A DNA stretch of 64,000 nucleotides, from contig NC_073416.1 of NCBI RefSeq assembly GCF_028641065.1, positions 6,262,001-6,326,000 of the forward strand, written 5' to 3'. The notes under the pieces were generated by a model. That model was not told the DNA's origin. It ran no database searches and saw nothing but the letters and a program-made list of their open reading frames with translations. Shown piece after piece: positions 59,871 through 64,000 of the stretch. The DNA comes from Leucoraja erinacea (lineage: Eukaryota). Made by a program: the position numbers and the translations under genes. Position 1 is the stretch's first letter, and each line of letters starts with the position of its first letter.

Positions 59871-62800
59871 CTGCACTCTAAAAGCAAGTTCCAGAATCCA
59901 TCGCATAATAGGAATTGTAGTTTTAATAATATAATTGTAGTGGATATTTGAGATGGGTCAAACCATGGGTAATAAGTAAAAGAGCAATGTTGGAAATGCT
60001 CTGTTGATCAGGCAGCAACTGTGCGGAGAAAGCTAACATTTTGGGTTGATATCTTCTCATCAGTAATTTCTCTCTTTGAATTAATGTGAAATTAAGTTGG
60101 CCTATTCAGACGTGTAGAACAACAAAATGGAAAATATTGAAGGCATTTTGAACATAAACTATATAGCAAAGATTAATAACATTTTTATTTTTAGCATTAT
60201 GTCCATGATCTGCCATGACAAAGCTGTTATATAATTTTAATTTTAAAAAATGTAATTGCTAATCTTGGGTAGGCTCTCCATCAACCCAGCTTTAGGATTG
60301 TAAATTTCCTATTAAATTTGGCAATGTGCCAATATTGCACACCATGGAAAAAGTCCAAATAGGAATTACCAATGTGGCACAGTCTGTGGTTCAGTCTGTG
60401 CATAGTGGAGGAGAATGGCAGGAAACCAGTGGCAATAACAACAAAACTGAAGCACCATGAGTTTTTTTCTTTAATGGTATTGCTACTGATGCATTTGATT
60501 TGGCTACATACCAGAAAATGTGGGAGCATTCACAGATCCATGGCATGAGAAGCAAAAGGCCACAAGATCTGTTTTTGATTATGTCGATTGAGATGAAGAC
60601 GCTGTCTGAATACTGGAAGAATTCATAGTTTCTTGATTATAGTAGCAGGATATTTTATGCTCTCCTGAGACCAGTTAGGTCCTTGGTTTAAGATATTATC
60701 TGAGAGGTTGCAGCATTAATTTAAGCACCTTGGTACTGCACTGAGTAGCCAACCTACTATCTGTGCTGAGGTGTCAACTAAATTATAAATTCAATTCAAA
60801 GATGTAATTGTACGATGATACCTAGTCAATCATCTTTTCTATCTTTCTATTGCCTTCATTATGAAGATTTTACTTCAGCTCCAAATCCATTCAAAACCTA
60901 GATATCTCTGCTACAGATAATTTTGACTTGGTCTTTATTCCAAGTGTACAGCTCAGGGGATCTTGTCCACTGGACTTAAAGCTAAATTGCTAGTAATTCA
61001 ACGCATTGCCCCTATGCTCATTCTGTTACAACATTATAACAGGCAAACAATAAGTCGCGTAATCTCTGGTTGGGACAAGTGGGGTGTTTGGGTACGGAGG
61101 GTGATGGTATGGAATGAGTTTTAAGAGGCTCTCACCTGTGCTTCCTGCTTTCTTTTCCTTTGTACCACCTGCTTCCCTTTTGTGTCGCTTATAGGGGAAC
61201 CAATCAAAAATCGCTTCTTTGTTACTTTAAATGGTTTACTTGTTGGCATTCTTTTCAGTGGAAATAGGAATTGCTTCCACTCGAATATCCATTTAAAAAT
61301 AATTCAGACTGAGCAGCACCATAGGAAATCTGCTGTTTGATAAAATGAGTCTCTTCCACACCATGATCTGCAATCATTTGTCATGGTTATTTGTATAGGT
61401 TGGGCTATGGCTGTTGTGAGTTGCTGTATTGGTTTCTGTCATATATTAGTAACAATGTGACAAAAGATTGTTGGGTAATTTAGGATGGAGAATGGATTGC
61501 AAGCATGTTCCCTCCATGATTCGCCTGAATGTGTTTCTGTTGGATGTCACATGCAGGTAGGTGATAACTGCATTTCTGAAATGTTTTTTTCTTTTGTACG
61601 ATGTCTTGCAATGATACCTACAAAATGAAATACCCTCTGGTTTTCGGCTGTGCAAGATTTTATTATTTGAAACAGATTTCTTTTGTCTGTTGAATTGTTT
61701 GCAATGGAAATTTAATATTGGATATGAGCGAGATTATGTTAGTTTTAATGAAATTTGGCAAAATATGAAGTTGGAATGAAACTATTTACAATGACCATGG
61801 TAATCCCAAATTGCTATGCCAACAGGTACGTCGTGTTTGATCACAATTGTATCGGTGCGACTTATTTACAATGACCTTATGTTCAATTGACTTTCTTCCA
61901 TGGTCACTTGAAATTCCTCAAAGCAGCTGGCATTTGCCTGTCTATAAATATTTTAAGAATGCGGCAATTTGCAAAATAAGTTGTATTTCTGTTTATTTCT
62001 ATCTGTCACAATGCATAAAGGCGCATAAAATACTGATCAATTGAACCAAATAAGATTTAGTTTTTGCAACATATTCAACAGGTCCTAAATATGGCAGCCT
62101 GCTTTCTGCAAGCATTAACAAAACTGCATAGGTTTCTCCTGCTGTTCTTGCCGTTTTTATGCAAATACCACTATTTCCAGACGTGCATATATTTTGTGTT
62201 CATTTAAAACTAATTTTAAATGGTTTATTGAGGCTGCTAATATCTAAAGCCTTAAATCTCTTGATTTCCATTCACCCTTAACAGTGATTCATCGCAATGT
62301 TCCTATGTTACAGGAGAAGAACAAGTTGTTCTTGGGTCATTAGATTTTTTTTTCCCCCGCTTTATTATCTTTGTAATAAGGAAGAGGTAGTATTTCATCT
62401 TGAGTTTTGTAAACAGGCCCATGATTCAACTGTCTTGTTGTACACTTTATAAATGCAATCTTTGAATTGTTACCCTTTTGAAGGGTTTTACTAGAATTGC
62501 TTGGAATGGGTGCTGAAATGGTAGATTTTTACGAGATTTAATGTGATAGGGTACCTATTCTCCCATTTTAATATGGAGCATGTATCTGATTGTTGCTATG
62601 CTTGTAGGATAGCTCATGGACGGGGTCAACGTTGGTGGTAGTGAGCTGTCGGGCTAACATAATGCAGGTTTTGCTTTATTGCGCTACTTCAGTGGGCAAG
62701 TTGTGATCATTTATGATCTTTTATATATTTTTTGAATTATTAAACCCAGTAACTAGTGAGATTTCAGGTTTAATCCTCAGCTTGCTTTGCTATGTTAGAA

Positions 62801-63870
62801 TAGTTGTGGGGTAGTTGTGGTTGGAAGCTGCTGCCTCACAGCTCCAAGCACCTGGGCTCATAGCTGTTTTCAGATTATCTCTTATTTTCCCATGGTAGAC
62901 AAAAATGTTGGAGAAACTCAAGAGGCAGCATCTATGGAGCAAAGGAAACGGGTGACGTTTCGGGTCGGGACCCTTCTTCAATTTCTTCTTATTTTCCCCA
63001 AAGTATTTCTGGTAGGTTAATTAGCTACTCTAAATCACCCCCTAATTATAAGTAAGTGGCAAAGAGAATCAAAGGGAAGTTAATAAGTGAGGAGAAGATG
63101 CTGGAATACGGGGCAAGTAAAGTGGTAGTATGAGACGAGTGACGTTGTCCTCCTGGGAGGTAACTTTATAAGATAAAGTAGAAAGAAATGGGCAAAATTT
63201 TCTGATTTAAAAAAATAAAATTTAAAAAAATTAAAATTAAACTTTCCTCCAAATCTGTAAATTGTACGTAGATGGACTTTTATTTTTCTCTTGTTTATTA
63301 ATTAGACATTCCCAGATGGCTCAGTTTAAGATGACCAGTTGAGCTATATAGCCTATAAGTCCCAAGTCTTATCTCTGTTGTGAGTTATCTAATCACAGCT
63401 AGCTTGGTGGTAATGGAATGTCACGTTATCTTTAGGTGAGTTCTCCAACAGGGAGTGAAAATTGAATCAGTCTCTTTCCAGATCACAATCCAGTGGCCTC
63501 TTCTGGCACTGCATGTGTGAGCATGTTTGGCTTTGATGTCCTTGCATGAGAATAGCTTCCTAATCGTTGATGTTTTGGGGGCCACATGTAGGGCAAAGCT
63601 GGGTGAGGAACAAGAAACACCCTAAATCTAATACACCTATGTTGTCTTCATGAGTGGAAAGAAGAAATTTGAGACAAAGTAGATTGTTGAAATTTTATTG
63701 TTTATTATTGTATGTACGTCTTCCATTAAATTGATGGAAATTTAAGCACTGATATGGGTGAATTGGTAGACTTGCAGTTAATTCCCTTTGTCTTTGTAAA
63801 GATATAACTTGTTTTTCTTTTGCAGTTCCTTGCTGAGCATCTTGAATGAACAGCGCTGAATTAAACTAAA

Positions 63871-64000
63871 ATGTCAGGTACAGATCATGTAGTCAACACT
63901 GGCAACAACATGACTGCCAATAGCATTGATATTTGCTGAGAACTCGTGCAACTTCTGCATCTGCGCCAAGCGCTGCAAGTTCTGCTACCCAAAGGCAAAT
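63871..64000 (+). pseudogene. Third ZC3H10-like copy, 5' part only (window ends); first finger disabled
   Basis: Acceptor ttttcttttgcag| ending at 63825; MSGTDHVVNTGNNMTANSIDIC*ELV then, after a 2-bp deletion, NFCICAKRCKFCYPKAN, aligning to ZC3H10 ...DICRDFLRNVCKRGKRCKFYHPDIN. Confidence 0.8.

Noticed and set aside
63937-63939. TGA inside the finger as selenocysteine or readthrough
   Set aside because: It replaces Arg, not Cys, and is followed by a frameshift and loss of the His ligand

Overview
Vertebrate genomic DNA, most likely a cartilaginous fish such as a skate or ray. This is inferred from the repeat landscape (HE1/V-SINE, Deu-SINE, CR1, Rex1 and Penelope-derived elements) and from the protein sequences. 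The window holds a complete four-exon lens aquaporin gene (MIP/AQP0, 475-10160, +, 263 aa) and the single-coding-exon ZC3H10 orthologue (22279-23475, -). The main surprise is a local ZC3H10 gene family. A head-to-head paralogue (39201-40739, +) has its first CCCH finger module amplified to four 159-bp copies, giving six fingers, and its ancestral C-terminal tail is out of frame. A third, degraded copy begins at 63871 and runs off the window. A ~55-nt block resembling a non-coding first exon occurs three times: as an inverted pair about 185 bp apart (30885-30939 on -, 31124-31183 on +) and again at 54265-54313. This suggests whole-gene duplications and a shared bidirectional promoter. The rest is intronic or intergenic, with LINE and SINE remnants, many Penelope-derived repeats carrying hammerhead-like cores, and a 719-bp near-perfect foldback element. 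All calls are by eye and no database searches were run.
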